A stretch of DNA of 33,785 bases from Octopus bimaculoides (GCF_001194135.2 NC_068982.1:150564629-150598413); one strand, 5' to 3'. Shown: positions 11,868 to 23,324, counted from the first letter of the stretch. Notes: generated by a model not told the origin, from the letters alone. Numbers and translations: made by a program.

Positions 11868-12764
11868 TGTAGTTTGACCAATAAATATTTGAACTGTTGC
11901 CATAGTAACGAAGCTAAAGCACGCAGAGTGAAGCTGCTTGTCTCTCAGATTGACCTTGAATGCTGCTGTGCATGCACACTAAGTTTTAACATTCTAGCTC
12001 ACTTCTGCTGTTTACAGCAGTGCTAGGAAGGAAGGTGTGTAGCATGTGATCATTGCATTGACCATAACAGAGAAAGTTGAGCAGAGAAATCTGCATCAAA
12101 TTTTGCCAAAAGCTTGGCGATACCTGCTCAGAGGTCTACACAAAGTTTTTAAAAAGTTTCCATCGTTCTTAACACAATCAAGCAGATCTTGTGCAACTGA
12201 AACCCGACTGTCTTTTTGGTCAACTGAAAACAGTTTTGGCACAAACTTGGCAGACATGTGTCACATACACAAATCTTCAGTGATAATGGACTGAAGTGAA
12301 TTGTAGTTAATCTGCACATCCTCTGATAACTCACGGATGGTGATTCAATGATTTCCCCTCACAGCTACATGAACATATGCAATGTTTTTTTCAGTTTTGC
12401 TGGATACAGGCTTCCCAGAATGTTTGTCAATATCGACATTTTTTCAGCCATCTTGGAAACATCTGAAACACTTATACATTTGTGTGCGGCTCATACACTC
12501 CACTCCATACACTTTCTGCACCTTTGCGTAGGCCTCTGAACAAGTATCGCCATGACAACTTTCTTTGTGATGGTCAATGCGACGATCACACATTACACAC
12601 CTTCCGTCCAAGCACTGTTATATACAGCGGAAGTGAGCTAGATGTTAAAACTTAGTAAACATGCACAGCAGTGTTTAAGGTCAATCTTTGCCAAGCAGCT
12701 TCAGTCTGCATGCTTTAGCTTCAATACTATGGCAACAGTACGGATCCTTATTGATCAGACCTTG
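11868..12764. mobile_element. Two-headed (fold-back) mariner relic
   Basis: TA at 11866-67 and 12765-66; inverted arms 11868-12145 and 12764-12522; the minus arm encodes GDTCSEAYAKVQKVYG...ITIRELSED...SAKFVPKL...DLLDCVKNDGNFLKT. Confidence 0.85.
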
Positions 12765-13148
12765 TATCTATCACAATGTATTGTAAATTCTTTTAGATTT
12801 TTGTAATATTTACATACTTGATTTTCTGAGTGTGTGTATGTGTGTGTATGCATGCATGAGTGAATGAGAAGTGTATCTCTTCAAATGATATTGGAAAAGT
12901 GACAATGGCACTTTCTGTTTGATTCATTGATGTTGTTGTTATCATTTTGGCTTATGTTGCAAAGTTGTGCATTTTCCTGAATTGCTTGTATTATTGGAGC
13001 TGGGTTTTTGTGTGAGGGTTTTGGAGACTGTAGGAATCTTATTTGAGCCTGTTGTGTTGTGTTTTAACTTATTTCATCCTACTGGGGAGAGAGTTAGTCT
13101 AGATAAAATGCAGTTTGATTTTGTGACTAGAGAAGAAGTTCCAGGTAG

Positions 13149-13762
13149 GGAACCACAGTCATAGTAAGTTGGAAGACAGACAAATCACAAATCCCTTCAG
13201 GTAGATGGCCCTGCTCAATCTGCAGAAAAGGTGGCGGTAGGAACTCCATAAGATGCACCCAGTGTAAGCTTTGGACACATAAAAGGTGCAGCAACATCAG
13301 GGGAAGGTTAACAGGGAAACTAACTTTTGTATGTGGAGGGTGCACAGGTACAATAAATCCTGAAAATGTGCAGAAAATAGACTCCATCAACTGCCAGTGG
13401 GGTAAGCCAGAGGTAGTAGATAATTTCTGTTATTTAGCTGATCAAGTTAGTAGTAGAAGAAAATGTGCTGAGAGTGCAGCTGTTAGAATAAGATTAGGCT
13501 GGGCAAAGTTCAGAGAGCTCCTACCCATGCTGGCAACAAAGGACCTCTTTCTCAGAATGAAAGGCAGATTGCACGATGCCTGTGTGCAGACAGCTATGCT
13601 ATATGGCAGTGAAACATGGCCTGTAACAGCTGAGGACATGCACAGGCTTGAAAGAAATAAAGCCAGTATGCTTTGCTGGATGTGCAATGTCAGTGAGCAT
13701 GTTTGTCAGAGTGTGTGCATCTTGAGAGAAAAGTTAGGCATAAGAGGAATCAGATGTGGTGT
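13149..13762 (+). mobile_element. RTE-clade LINE ORF fragment (RT thumb region plus PHD-like finger)
   Basis: Stop-free frame 13149-13784; EVVDNFCYL...RIRLGWAKFREL...KGRL..ACVQTAMLYGSETW...LER...ML.WMC is typical of RTE/BovB. Confidence 0.9.
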
Positions 13763-13983
13763 AAAAAGTAAATATAAATATTGAAGATTTTCATCTCTAG
13801 AGATGAGATTAGCAATCCAAAAATTATAATCTTGCTCAATGATTACATAAACCAAATTTCACAGTCTATATGCCTAATGTCTCACACTCATTCTATCAAT
13901 ATTCAGTGCATATTTAATTAGAAAACTGGTGAACCAGAAATGGCTCAATAGAACAATAAGACAAACTAAAATTACAATCTCAC

Positions 13984-14172
13984 CATTGGAGAATTAATAA
14001 AGATTTTGAAACAACTATCCAGAAGTTGAGTTGGAAGATCTTTGAAGTCTACATCAACAGACAAGCAACAGCGGAACATAGGATTTGGTACTGTCTTTTC
14101 TAAGAGCCATGAAGAGACTTTCAACAGGAGTGAAGGCCAATTGTGAGCATTCTTCAGAATTATCCATACGTC
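13984..14172 (-). CDS. Dynein heavy chain exon 12 (AAA6)
   Basis: Less common AAG acceptor (tttatcaag|), |gtgaga donor; 189 nt, phase 0 to 0; DVWIILKNAHNW...PNPMFRCCLS...LPTQLLDSCFKIFINSPM matches W..LQN.H...FRLWLT...FP..LLQ...K...EPP. Confidence 0.9.
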
Positions 14173-14329
14173 CTTGATAAATAAATATTACACATCAGTT
14201 TAAATACACATGTAGTAAATTTTTAAGTTCTAGGAATGTAAAAAATCCCTTATTAGAATCTCTTACACACCTTCTTTCTCTCTCATCTACATCTGTGTCA
14301 CACATATACACACACACATATATATGATG

Positions 14330-14487
14330 AACTTTCAATTTCTGTCTACCAAATCCACTAACGAGGCTTTAGTTGGTTTAAGGCTATAGTAGAAGACACT
14401 TGACCACGGTGCCACACAATGGGACTGAACCTGGAAGCATGTGGTTGGGAAACAAACTTCTTACCACACAACTATGCCAGCACCTAT
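14330..14487 (-). mobile_element. tRNA-headed SINE family B
   Basis: ccaaatccact...ctatagtagaagacacttg...gggactgaacc...catgtggttgg; same core as 32772-32937. Confidence 0.8.
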
Positions 14488-14529
14488 ACATAGAGTGATT
14501 CTAATCATATAATATGCATAATTATCATG

Positions 14530-14735
14530 TTCTTTGTAATATGTTGTCTCTAGTTACATAGCTTATCAGCTCTAATTATCTTTAGTTATAAGGTGCCTCC
14601 AGCAATATAGTGTCTCTAGTGTATATAGCACTATTAGCTATTCAGTGATTTTAAATTACACAATGTCTCCAATTATATAGTTGTTTCTAGCTAATTGATG
14701 TTTCCTGTGTCTCTAGTTATACAGTGTCTAGTTTT
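14530..14735. repeat. Degenerate minisatellite (gtgtctctagttata-like)
   Basis: Recurring tgtctctagt/tgtctcca units. Confidence 0.5.
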
Positions 14736-15512
14736 ATGGCATCATAACCCCATCCTTGCTACAATGTATTTGATTTCATAAGACAAAGTTCTCTTGATTA
14801 TAAAGAGTATCTATGAAGTACTTGAAAGAGAATGTCAAGAACTTGATACTTTCTGTAGAATATTTGCTAATGTCTCTAGAAGACTTGGTCATGAACTTTT
14901 AGGCTGATTAGGCTAAAGCTCATCCTGGTTTCCACTGTGTATAAGAAACAGTAAAAACAATACTCTCTACTGAATGAGATATTAATCCATAACAGGGTTA
15001 ATACCAAACTGTTAGTGGTATTCATTTTCAATTGAGTAGATTGGAGCAACATTAAAATGAAATGTTTTGTTCAGGAATATAATGTGCTACATGGCCTGAC
15101 TATTTAGCCACAAACCTTCCTAATATCTATACAGTACATTGTATTCTCTATAGAGTAGTAGAAACTGTTTACAGAGTATTCGGTAGTGAGTATGAAAAAA
15201 ATAATGTGGTGTCTGTAATGTATATAAGACACACACACACACCACTTGAATTTAAAAAAAAATTATTAAAAGCAAGTAACATTCAATTAGAAAGGACTAC
15301 ATATATATGTAGAGTGAAAATAATTCATTAGATAGAAATTGTGATTGACTGTGATTGGTGTTTTGTCAGTAATAACTTGTTTAACTGACAAAACTTAAAA
15401 TGACAGTCACTTTGTATTTCTGGCTAATAAATTACATATACATATAAACAAACACAAGTGCATGCGTGCACGCACGCACGCACGCACGCACGCACTCTTC
15501 TTCTGTATTTAC

Positions 15513-15735
15513 CTGAGGCATTTTCTGCCAGATGTATTTCCTCAGTGCTGTCTCAGCCGAAGAAGAACAGGTTGAGACATGTAAAGAAATCATTTCATAT
15601 TTTTGTCCTTTAAAAAAATTTGAAAAGAAGACATCAGCTTCTCCACTTTGGGTGTTGGTAAGCACAAGAATGGGGTATGTAGGATTGGTCATGGTGACTA
15701 CAAGTGGAATGTTCGGGAGAAAGTTAGTAACAAAT
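15513..15735 (-). CDS. Dynein heavy chain exon 11 (AAA6 start)
   Basis: ccttcag| and |gtaaat; 223 nt, phase 2 to 0; FVTNFLPNIPLVVTMTNPTYPILVL...QKMPQ. Confidence 0.87.
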
Positions 15736-16529
15736 CTGAAGGAAAAATGAAAGAAGAAATTCTTGTAGAAAGGTGAACTCATGTTAAACAGAAATCAATA
15801 TCAAATATTATTTCATAGAAAATATGAAGAATAAACAAATAGAGAATGAAAATAATTGTGTCATTATTTGATTGTTATAAGATTTCACTTCTTACAATTG
15901 TCTTTAATGTGTTATGATTAAAAATCACTGTTTAACAGTATTATTATTAATTTTTTTTAGCAATTTAGTTAGAGATATGTCCTTTTTAGTCCACTCAGGT
16001 TGGTGAGATTGATGTGGTGGATGCTTGATCTGAATGTCTGCTCGTTCGTTTCTACAGGAAAAACATTTGTGAGAAGGGAAGTTAGAATTTGGCTTGAATG
16101 TTTGCAACAGAAAGAACTGTGATAAATTACACACATATATAAACAAACACAAGTGCACACATGCACGCACGTGCGCACACACACACAGGTGGTGTGTTAA
16201 GATAGGCAGAAAGTTAGGCACATTGCTCAAAGTAAAGTTAGAGGTGAGGTGACAGTATCCATGGCCTATGCAGATTCACTATGTTAATAAACTTACTCTC
16301 TTATATATCGGTTGTCTGTCCTAATCTGTTCTTTTACTGGCACTATGGCTTGTATCTCTCATTATGAGCTTTATGTTATATATATTTGTTTTTGTGTTCG
16401 ACTGTGCGACATGGTAAAAAGGAGCCTTTTCTGTCTATGTCGCCATCTCCTTTGGTTCGCACGGTCGAATTATTACACTCCCATATTGGTGAGGTTATTC
16501 GGTTCCTACAGCAAAAATATGTGCAAGGA

Positions 16530-16800
16530 GAAAGTTCTATAGAGTGGTAGTTCTGGGATGTAAATACTGAGTAAAGTACTTAGTGTGGGATTTTGAGAGA
16601 TGGGTGCATTAGGTAGGGATGGTATAGAGTTTGCTAGTTCAAAGGAGCAGAGTCATTATAGTTGAAGAGGAAGAGGGAAGAAATAGTATGTCTGGGGGCC
16701 ATAAATTGTAGTCTGTTGGTAAATGTAGTGTATTGGTGTCTGTAAGCCAGTGGTTGTTATGTGATGGTGAATGAGTCTTCAACCAGTTTGTTGATCTACC
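16530..16800 (-). mobile_element. Decayed CR1/L2-like LINE 3-prime fragment
   Basis: Residual SSLFLFNY and PRTTTL*NFL, compared with SLSLFY and PRT..LWNSL of LINE ORF2 ends. Confidence 0.4.
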
Positions 16801-17293
16801 AACTAGAGATGGCACATATAAATATAAGGAAAAAAATATACCTTAAATCTTTGGCCAATATAAAAGATTAAGTGTTCAATTCTGAAGGGAGGACTCCAGT
16901 GTAGTCTTAGCTGTTATGGCTAAAAGAAAATCTAGTTGCACTGACAGATAAGTGAGCTGCCTATAGTGTGGGATCTAGTCCGACTGACAACTCTTGGGTA
17001 AGTTGTTGTTTAGCCCTAGGTCACTCTTGATCATGATAATAACAACAATAATAATAATGAATTTTATTATTATTATTAAGCAGTAATGCTTTGTTGAACC
17101 ATAACTCTTTGATTTTGTATGTGCAATATCCCTAGAATAATACGAGATTCATTTTGGTGAAGACTTCCTCAGAACAGAAACAGACTTGTTTTCTTTCTCA
17201 CCAGTATAAAAAGAAAATTGCGTGTGAAAAGTGTCAGACTAGCAAACAAACAAGACTGAATATAATAGAGTAGTGAAAATAATATATACTTAC

Positions 17294-17682
17294 TTGCTTC
17301 CAAGAACAGTACTAATATAAGAAGTAGCTTCTAGTAAAAATTCTTTTGGTCTTAATGCTCGCCAAAAGCATAGTATTTGCAATGGAGTGAGAACATTCAG
17401 TTTTGTTGGAAGACTATTGTATTGTTCAGGGTATTGGGAGTCAAACAACAGTTTCAAAGAAGAATCTTTGCCTTCTTTGGTCAGATTAACAAAAATTTCA
17501 GTAAACCAGCTGAATCTCATAGCTAAATTTTGTAAGTTGTGGAAAACTTCATCAGGCATCCATTCAAAAGGATTTTTGAGGGCTGCAATATTTTCCAGAG
17601 ATGAATTTGTAGTAGATGTGGTCAAAGGATCTATCACAAATTTTCGCTCACCAGTAATGGTGTAACCCTTCAAGGAGTCAAT
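17294..17682 (-). CDS. Dynein heavy chain exon 10
   Basis: cattcag| and |gtaagt; 389 nt, phase 0 to 2; KNPFEWMPDEVFHNL...SQYPEQ...LTPLQILCFWRALRPKEF...YISTVLGS matches P..W..D..W.NL and L...R.LRPD. Confidence 0.95.
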
Positions 17683-18512
17683 CTGAATGGAGAGAAAACA
17701 ACACTAGAAAAAGATATATTTAGACAAATGAAAAACACAAAATACGTAATACATCAGGGAGTAAATGAAAAGATATAACATAAAGGTACACACACACATA
17801 TGTGTACATGCATTTATACAACACAGGACTCCATGGCACTGCATGGGTGCTTTTACATGGTACCACACAGGAGCTTTTATGTGGCACCGATGTTTGTTTT
17901 TATGCCTAGTTATATATAAAAAACACAGTTTAACATTAGGTCAAAAAAAATTACTCAATACTTTCTAGCACAGTACATATTTGCTCTCTTTTATGAGGAT
18001 AAAAAAGGCTGACTAATTTTGAAGCTTTGACTTACTTGCCTTCAACAGAATGATAAAGGTGAACAAGCTGAAACTTCGAAGCCACTGGGCATGAACATGT
18101 GAATTTGTATATTTCATTTCATAGTGTGTATGTGTCATTGTTTCAGTTGTCTGTTTCTTTGTTTGCTCTGAAGGATTGCATTTTCGATTATTTGAAGCAT
18201 CTTTCTCCCTATTCAGCAACCAAAGAATAACTCTAACCATCTAATGAGCATAATAGTATCTTTACTTGCAATGTATAAATTATATAGATTAAATTCATAT
18301 TTTTTAAAAGACTGATCTAAGACTGATCACTTAAGGTGGTGAACTTGCAGAATTTTACAGTAAAAGGATATAAGGAAATATCATAAGGCATTTTAATCCC
18401 AAATTAGCCCTTACGCACACATACAATTTTTTTGTCTTCCTGACAGATCTTTCATTTTCTAACATTTTTCTACAAGAAAAAAATGAAGATAATAAGTGAC
18501 AATAGTTCTTAC

Positions 18513-18624
18513 CTCAAATGCTAGAAATAAAGTGAAAACAATTCGATCTTGATATCTGAGTGTTTGGATCATGTTTCGGTTAGCCAGGTAAGTTAATTGG
18601 TCAGCAACTTCACGAGAATTTGTA
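18513..18624 (-). CDS. Dynein heavy chain exon 9
   Basis: ctccacag| and |gtaaga; 112 nt, phase 2 to 0; TNSREVADQLTYLANRNMIQTLRYQDRIVFTLFLAFE matches T........L...HK..F.L.L. Confidence 0.88.
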
Positions 18625-19088
18625 CTGTGGAGATTCAGAAATGTACATCTTTATTTACAAATATTATGTAAATATTATGAATTCCATAATAAACATTCCT
18701 ACACGAGACATATTTATCATGAACTACCAAACTAGACAGCTAGACTCTGAGGTTATAATACCATTCAAAGTTATCATACCATAGAAGCCCTAGAGAACAC
18801 TTTTCCATGGAGTTACATACACAATGTTCAGAAGGAATGCACTCCCTTCCAGATTTGTGTGTGTGTGTGTGGGTGTGTGTGGTCAATATATATATATTTA
18901 TATTTGAGGTTTATGTTTGGAGGGAGGAAAGGGGAAGGTGATTATTGTATTTAGGTATTGGAAAAAATATGTAGGCTTGAAATGTCTTAAGAGTTTTAAT
19001 AATTTTTACATATCCAGGAAGAGACTAACTCAAGAGCTTCAGTTTGGTAGTTGGGTTTCAGAGAAGAGATTTGATAGGATTTAGTAGT

Positions 19089-19470
19089 TGTTGGCACTCC
19101 GTCACTTATGACGTCGAGGGTTCCAGTTGATCCGATCAACAGAATAGCCTGCTCGTGAAATTAACATGCAAGTGGCTGAGCAATCCACAGACACGTGTAC
19201 CCTTAACGTATTTCTCGGGGATATTCAGCGTGACACAGTGTGACAAGGCTGGCCCTTTGAAATACAGGTACAACAGAAACAAGAAGTAAGAGTGAGAGAA
19301 AGTTGTGGTGGAAGAGTACAGCAGGGTTCGCCACCATCCCCTGCCGGAGCCTCGTGGAGCTTTTAGGTGTTTTCGCTCGATAAACACTCACAACGCCCGG
19401 TCTGGGAATCGAAACCGCGATCCTATGACCGCGAGTCCGCTGCCCTAACCACTGGGCCATTGTGCCTCCT
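19089..19470 (-). mobile_element. Young tRNA-derived SINE (family E) with 12-bp TSD
   Basis: A box TGGCCCAGTGG, B box GGTTTCGATTCCC; CpGs retained; TSD ggatttagtagt at 19077-88 and 19471-82. Confidence 0.9.
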
Positions 19471-19574
19471 GGATTTAGTAGTACAAGGTTGACAAAGTTG
19501 GTTGTTTGCTTGGCATGGTTGTGCTATTTTCATACTAATGCTATATGGAATATTTTTGAACTTCAATGACAATA

Positions 19575-19766
19575 TATACTCTTTTACTCTCTTTTACTTC
19601 TTTCAGTTATTTGACTGTGGCCATACTAGAGCACCGCCTTTAGTCGAGCAAATCGACCCCAGGACTTGTTCTTTGTAAGCCTAGTACTTATTCTATCAGC
19701 GTCTTTTGCTGAACCGCTAGATTACTGGGATGTAAACACACCAGCATCAGTTGTCAAGCGATGCTG
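19575..19766 (-). mobile_element. Family C SINE tail
   Basis: Same sequence as 31975-32165. Confidence 0.85.
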
Positions 19767-19795
19767 ACATCACTACCACCATAACATCCTGAGTT

Positions 19796-20098
19796 CATGC
19801 TAGCATGGGTTGGACGATTTGACTGAGGACTGGCAAGCCAGGAGGCTGCACCAGGCTCCAATCTGATCTGACAGAGTTTCTACAGCTGGATGCCCTTCCT
19901 AATGCCAACCACTCCGAAAGTGTAGTGGGTGCTTTTATGTGCCACCGGCATGAAGGCCAGTCAGGCGGTTCTGGCAACAGCCACGCTCAAAATGGTGTTT
20001 TTTACATGCCACCTGCACGGGAGCCAGTCCAGCGGCACTGGCAACGACCTCGCTCGAATGATTTTGTAACGTACCACCAGCACAAGTGCTAGAAGGCA
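19796..20098 (-). mobile_element. Family A copy lacking its tail
   Basis: Near-identical reverse complement of 1-200. Confidence 0.85.
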
Positions 20099-20112
20099 AC
20101 ACAAGTATATAT

Positions 20113-20238
20113 NNNNNNNNNNNNNNNNNNNNNNNNNNNNNNNNNNNNNNNNNNNNNNNNNNNNNNNNNNNNNNNNNNNNNNNNNNNNNNNNNNNNNNNN
20201 NNNNNNNNNNNNNNNNNNNNNNNNNNNNNNNNNNNNNN
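20113..20238. other. Assembly gap (126 N), followed by a (GA)n tract to 20341
   Basis: Direct reading. Confidence 0.99.
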
Positions 20239-20289
<51 letters not shown>

Positions 20290-20375
20290 AAGAGAAAGAG
20301 AGAAAGAGAAAGAGAGATAGAGAGAAAGAGAAAGAGAGAGAGTCTGTTTAAAAAAATTTCAAATACAAACTTTAC

Positions 20376-20564
20376 CAATCCAATTCATTAATGACCGAGT
20401 TAAATAGTTTTAAGAAAGATGAGTAAGGGCATCTGTAAAGAGGACAGAGTTGCTTCATGTGTTGCATGGTGTGGTAACATATTGCTCCTTGACTGGCAAG
20501 AATGGAAAAATGTTCTGTAGCTTCACGTAGAATATTCTCTTCTTCTTCTAACACAGTTAACAAT
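20376..20564 (-). CDS. Dynein heavy chain exon 8
   Basis: cttcag| and |gtaaag; 189 nt, phase 2 to 2; LLTVLEEEENILREATEHFSILASQGAICYHTMQHMKQLCPLYRCPYSSFLKLF, matches R..Y..VA.RG..LYF......N.MYQ.SL..FL.LF. Confidence 0.9.
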
Positions 20565-21319
20565 CTGAAGATGAGAAAGGGAGAAAGTATCAGGGAAAAA
20601 CTCTCAAAAAACAATATAATGGAAAATATCAGCTTGATATAATATTCATCATCACTATCATTTATAACAACCTCACAATCACTGATGTCCTCTCAATCAT
20701 CACTACCACCATAACATCCTGAGTTCAAGTCCTAACGGGGTCAGTTATGTCTTTCAACCATCTGGGATTGGTAAAGTATCAGATAGGCTTATTGTTATTA
20801 GCATTAAAAATCAACACCCTCATCATTGTCTATGTTGGTTATTGGAGTTACATGTTACAAGCTCTGAAGATTTCGGAGTTTACCAGGTGTACAAGAAAAG
20901 TTATTTTTTATATTTTGGATTATCTAAAAGCAAAGGTTTTCCCAATTGTATGTGTGTGGAGGGGTCTGAGATATTTTGTGGAAGATTTCCACAAAATTAG
21001 ACAGTTTTTTTTTTAAACATGGCCTCTCAGAATAAAATGGCCAGCCATGCTTGAAAGAAAATGAGTAGATAGAATTTCATTGTTTTTAGGAAAAAGAAAA
21101 AAAAAAAATCCCAGAAAATCTACAGAAACTCAAAACAAGAAAATGGAAAAAAATTACCCTTTAACAAAAGAATAAAAAATAGTGACATTACACAAAAAAA
21201 TTTCAGATTTGGCAAACAATAACACGAGTACACATACAAAGATGAAAGGAGTCAATAAATTAGAGTACTAGTCAGGTACAGGAGTCAACAATATTGTCTA
21301 ACTTCCTTCCCTGAATTTC

Positions 21320-21640
21320 AGGCTTTGTGTATGCTCTTCCCAACCACATGGTTTCAAGTTTTAGTCCCACAGTGTGACACTGTGGGCAAGTGTCTTCTAC
21401 TATAGTTCTGGGTCAACCAAAGCCTTGTGAGTGGATTTAGTAGATAGAAACTGTAAGATGTCTGCCATGTATATGTCTGCAAAAAAGACCAATTGAATAG
21501 GTACTGGATTTTAAAAAAAGAATTGGGTTGATTTAGGAAATTACTATTTGTAAAGCTCACAATGAGATTTGTTTGACTAAACCATTCAAGGCAGTGCTCC
21601 AGCATGGCCACAGTTCAATGACTAAAATAAGTAAAAGAAA
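21320..21640 (+). mobile_element. SINE, family B head joined to family C tail
   Basis: gggcaagtgtcttctactatag...aagccttgtgagtggattt then gtgctccagcatggccacagt..atgactaaaataagtaaaaga. Confidence 0.75.
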
Positions 21641-22023
21641 TAAATATTACAATTACTTAGGAGATCACATAAATTTCAATGATGAATATTTCAGTTATTT
21701 GATTCATAGAATTACTCACTTATTGTACTGTAATGTAGGTGGTTGAGTATTCCACAGATAATTGTTCCGTTAACATAAATTCCTGCAGATTCAGTGTTAC
21801 AAAGTTTTTCATAAGTCTGGCCTTCTGAATAGCAGATATAGACCATACAACATGTTTTCATGCAGTTTCTATTAAACCAATTTCCCTTACGATATTTGAG
21901 TCAACATAAATTCTGACTGTGGAATAAACTTCTTCAACCATTCAACCATACATGTTTATAGTCCCTTAGGTCCATACACACGGTATATTTCACAAACATA
22001 TAAGTAAATTTTCAAACATTTAC

Positions 22024-22169
22024 CGTTCTTTAATTTCACTATGCTGGTTCACCAGTTCAGTCAATTCTTTAACAGTTTGCTTTGACCTCAACAGGTCAAC
22101 TTCCTGACACAGTCCCATTAGTAACTTGTCTTCAGTTTCAAGAAATTCCTTAGTTTTATCCCATTTCTC
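22024..22169 (-). CDS. Dynein heavy chain exon 7 (buttress)
   Basis: cttcag| and |gtaaat; 146 nt, phase 0 to 2; EKWDKTKEFLETEDKLLMGLCQEVDLL...; matches L..LED.LL..L. Confidence 0.9.
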
Positions 22170-22691
22170 CTGAAGAATAACCAAGTGGGTAGTAAATACA
22201 ATTATCATTTACACTATTTCAGGTCATTTGGAATGCAATATCACAGGATAACCACTTCTTTTGTAACAGGTTAAGTATTTTACTGATCATTAGTGGCAGT
22301 GGGAAGTATCTATGTAACATATATAAAATATAACATATTCCAACATTTGAGAAACAAAAAGGATAGGAAAGTAATTGTTATACACTGCACTGAATTTTAC
22401 ATAGACCCAGCAGAGTATACACACACACACACATTGTTCATTTGGTCAATGTCTGTTTTTCCATACTAATATATGTTGGATGAAAACTTATTATTGAGGC
22501 ATGGATGTTCTTCTTAACACTAGACCTTACCTGGTTTGAAAGGAAAGGATTTTTTTTTCTACTTGCCTTCCTGAGCATGGAACTATGGAGTGATTTGATG
22601 ACAGAGAATTGTCAACATAACACATTTGCTCAAGCAATTTCATCTGAATACATTGCAGAATGTAAAAACACACATATACATATATATATAT

Positions 22692-22785
22692 GATGGACTA
22701 TCATACAGCTTCTATCAACCAAATCCACTCACAAAGCATTGGCCAGACTGGAGCTATAGTAGAAGACACTTATCTAATAGGTGGG
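22692..22785 (-). mobile_element. Truncated family B copy
   Basis: accaaatccactcacaaagcattggccagactggagctatagtagaagacact. Confidence 0.75.
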
Positions 22786-22854
22786 ACTAAGGAGTTTGCT
22801 TTTCAACCACATATGTCCTCTGCATCCCTTTCTCAGCTGAGTGCCCTTTTCTTT

Positions 22855-23161
22855 AGGGCTTGCAGGTGGTGGTGTCACCTAAAAGTGCCAGTGCTGCATA
22901 AAAGTGCCTGTGCTGGTGCCATGTAAAAGCATCCAGGCTGGTTCCACATAAAGGTGCCTGTGCCACTGTCACATAAAAAGTACCCAGTATAGTCTGTGAA
23001 GCGGTTGGTGTGAGGAAGGGCATCCAACAATAGAAACTATGCTGAAATAGACAATTGGAAGCTGGGTAGCTCCCCAGCTGGCCAATTTCTGTCAAACCAT
23101 CAAACCCATGCCAACATAGAAAGCAGACATTAAATGAAGATGATGATGATGATGATGATGA
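22855..23161 (+). mobile_element. Family A copy
   Basis: ggtgccatgtaaaagca repeats, gaggaagggcatccaac, aacccatgccaacatagaaagcagacattaaatga(GAT)n. Confidence 0.8.
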
Positions 23162-23324
23162 TTTGTTTGTGTGTCTGTGTTTGCATTTGTCTCCCACCAT
23201 CACTTGACAACTGGTGCTGGTTTGTTTACATCCCCATAACTTAGCAGTTTTGCATAAAAGACTGATACAACTAAGAAACAATTGCATTAAAACAAACATG
23301 AAATACATGAAAGATGATGGTTAC

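Noticed and set aside
17387-17665. Plus-strand ORFs 17387-17665, 15532-15750 and 33420-33605
   Set aside because: Antisense shadows of real exons
19136-19460. Two overlapping 83-85-aa ORFs; tRNA gene
   Set aside because: Lie entirely in a SINE; the tRNA-like head has no complete cloverleaf or acceptor stem
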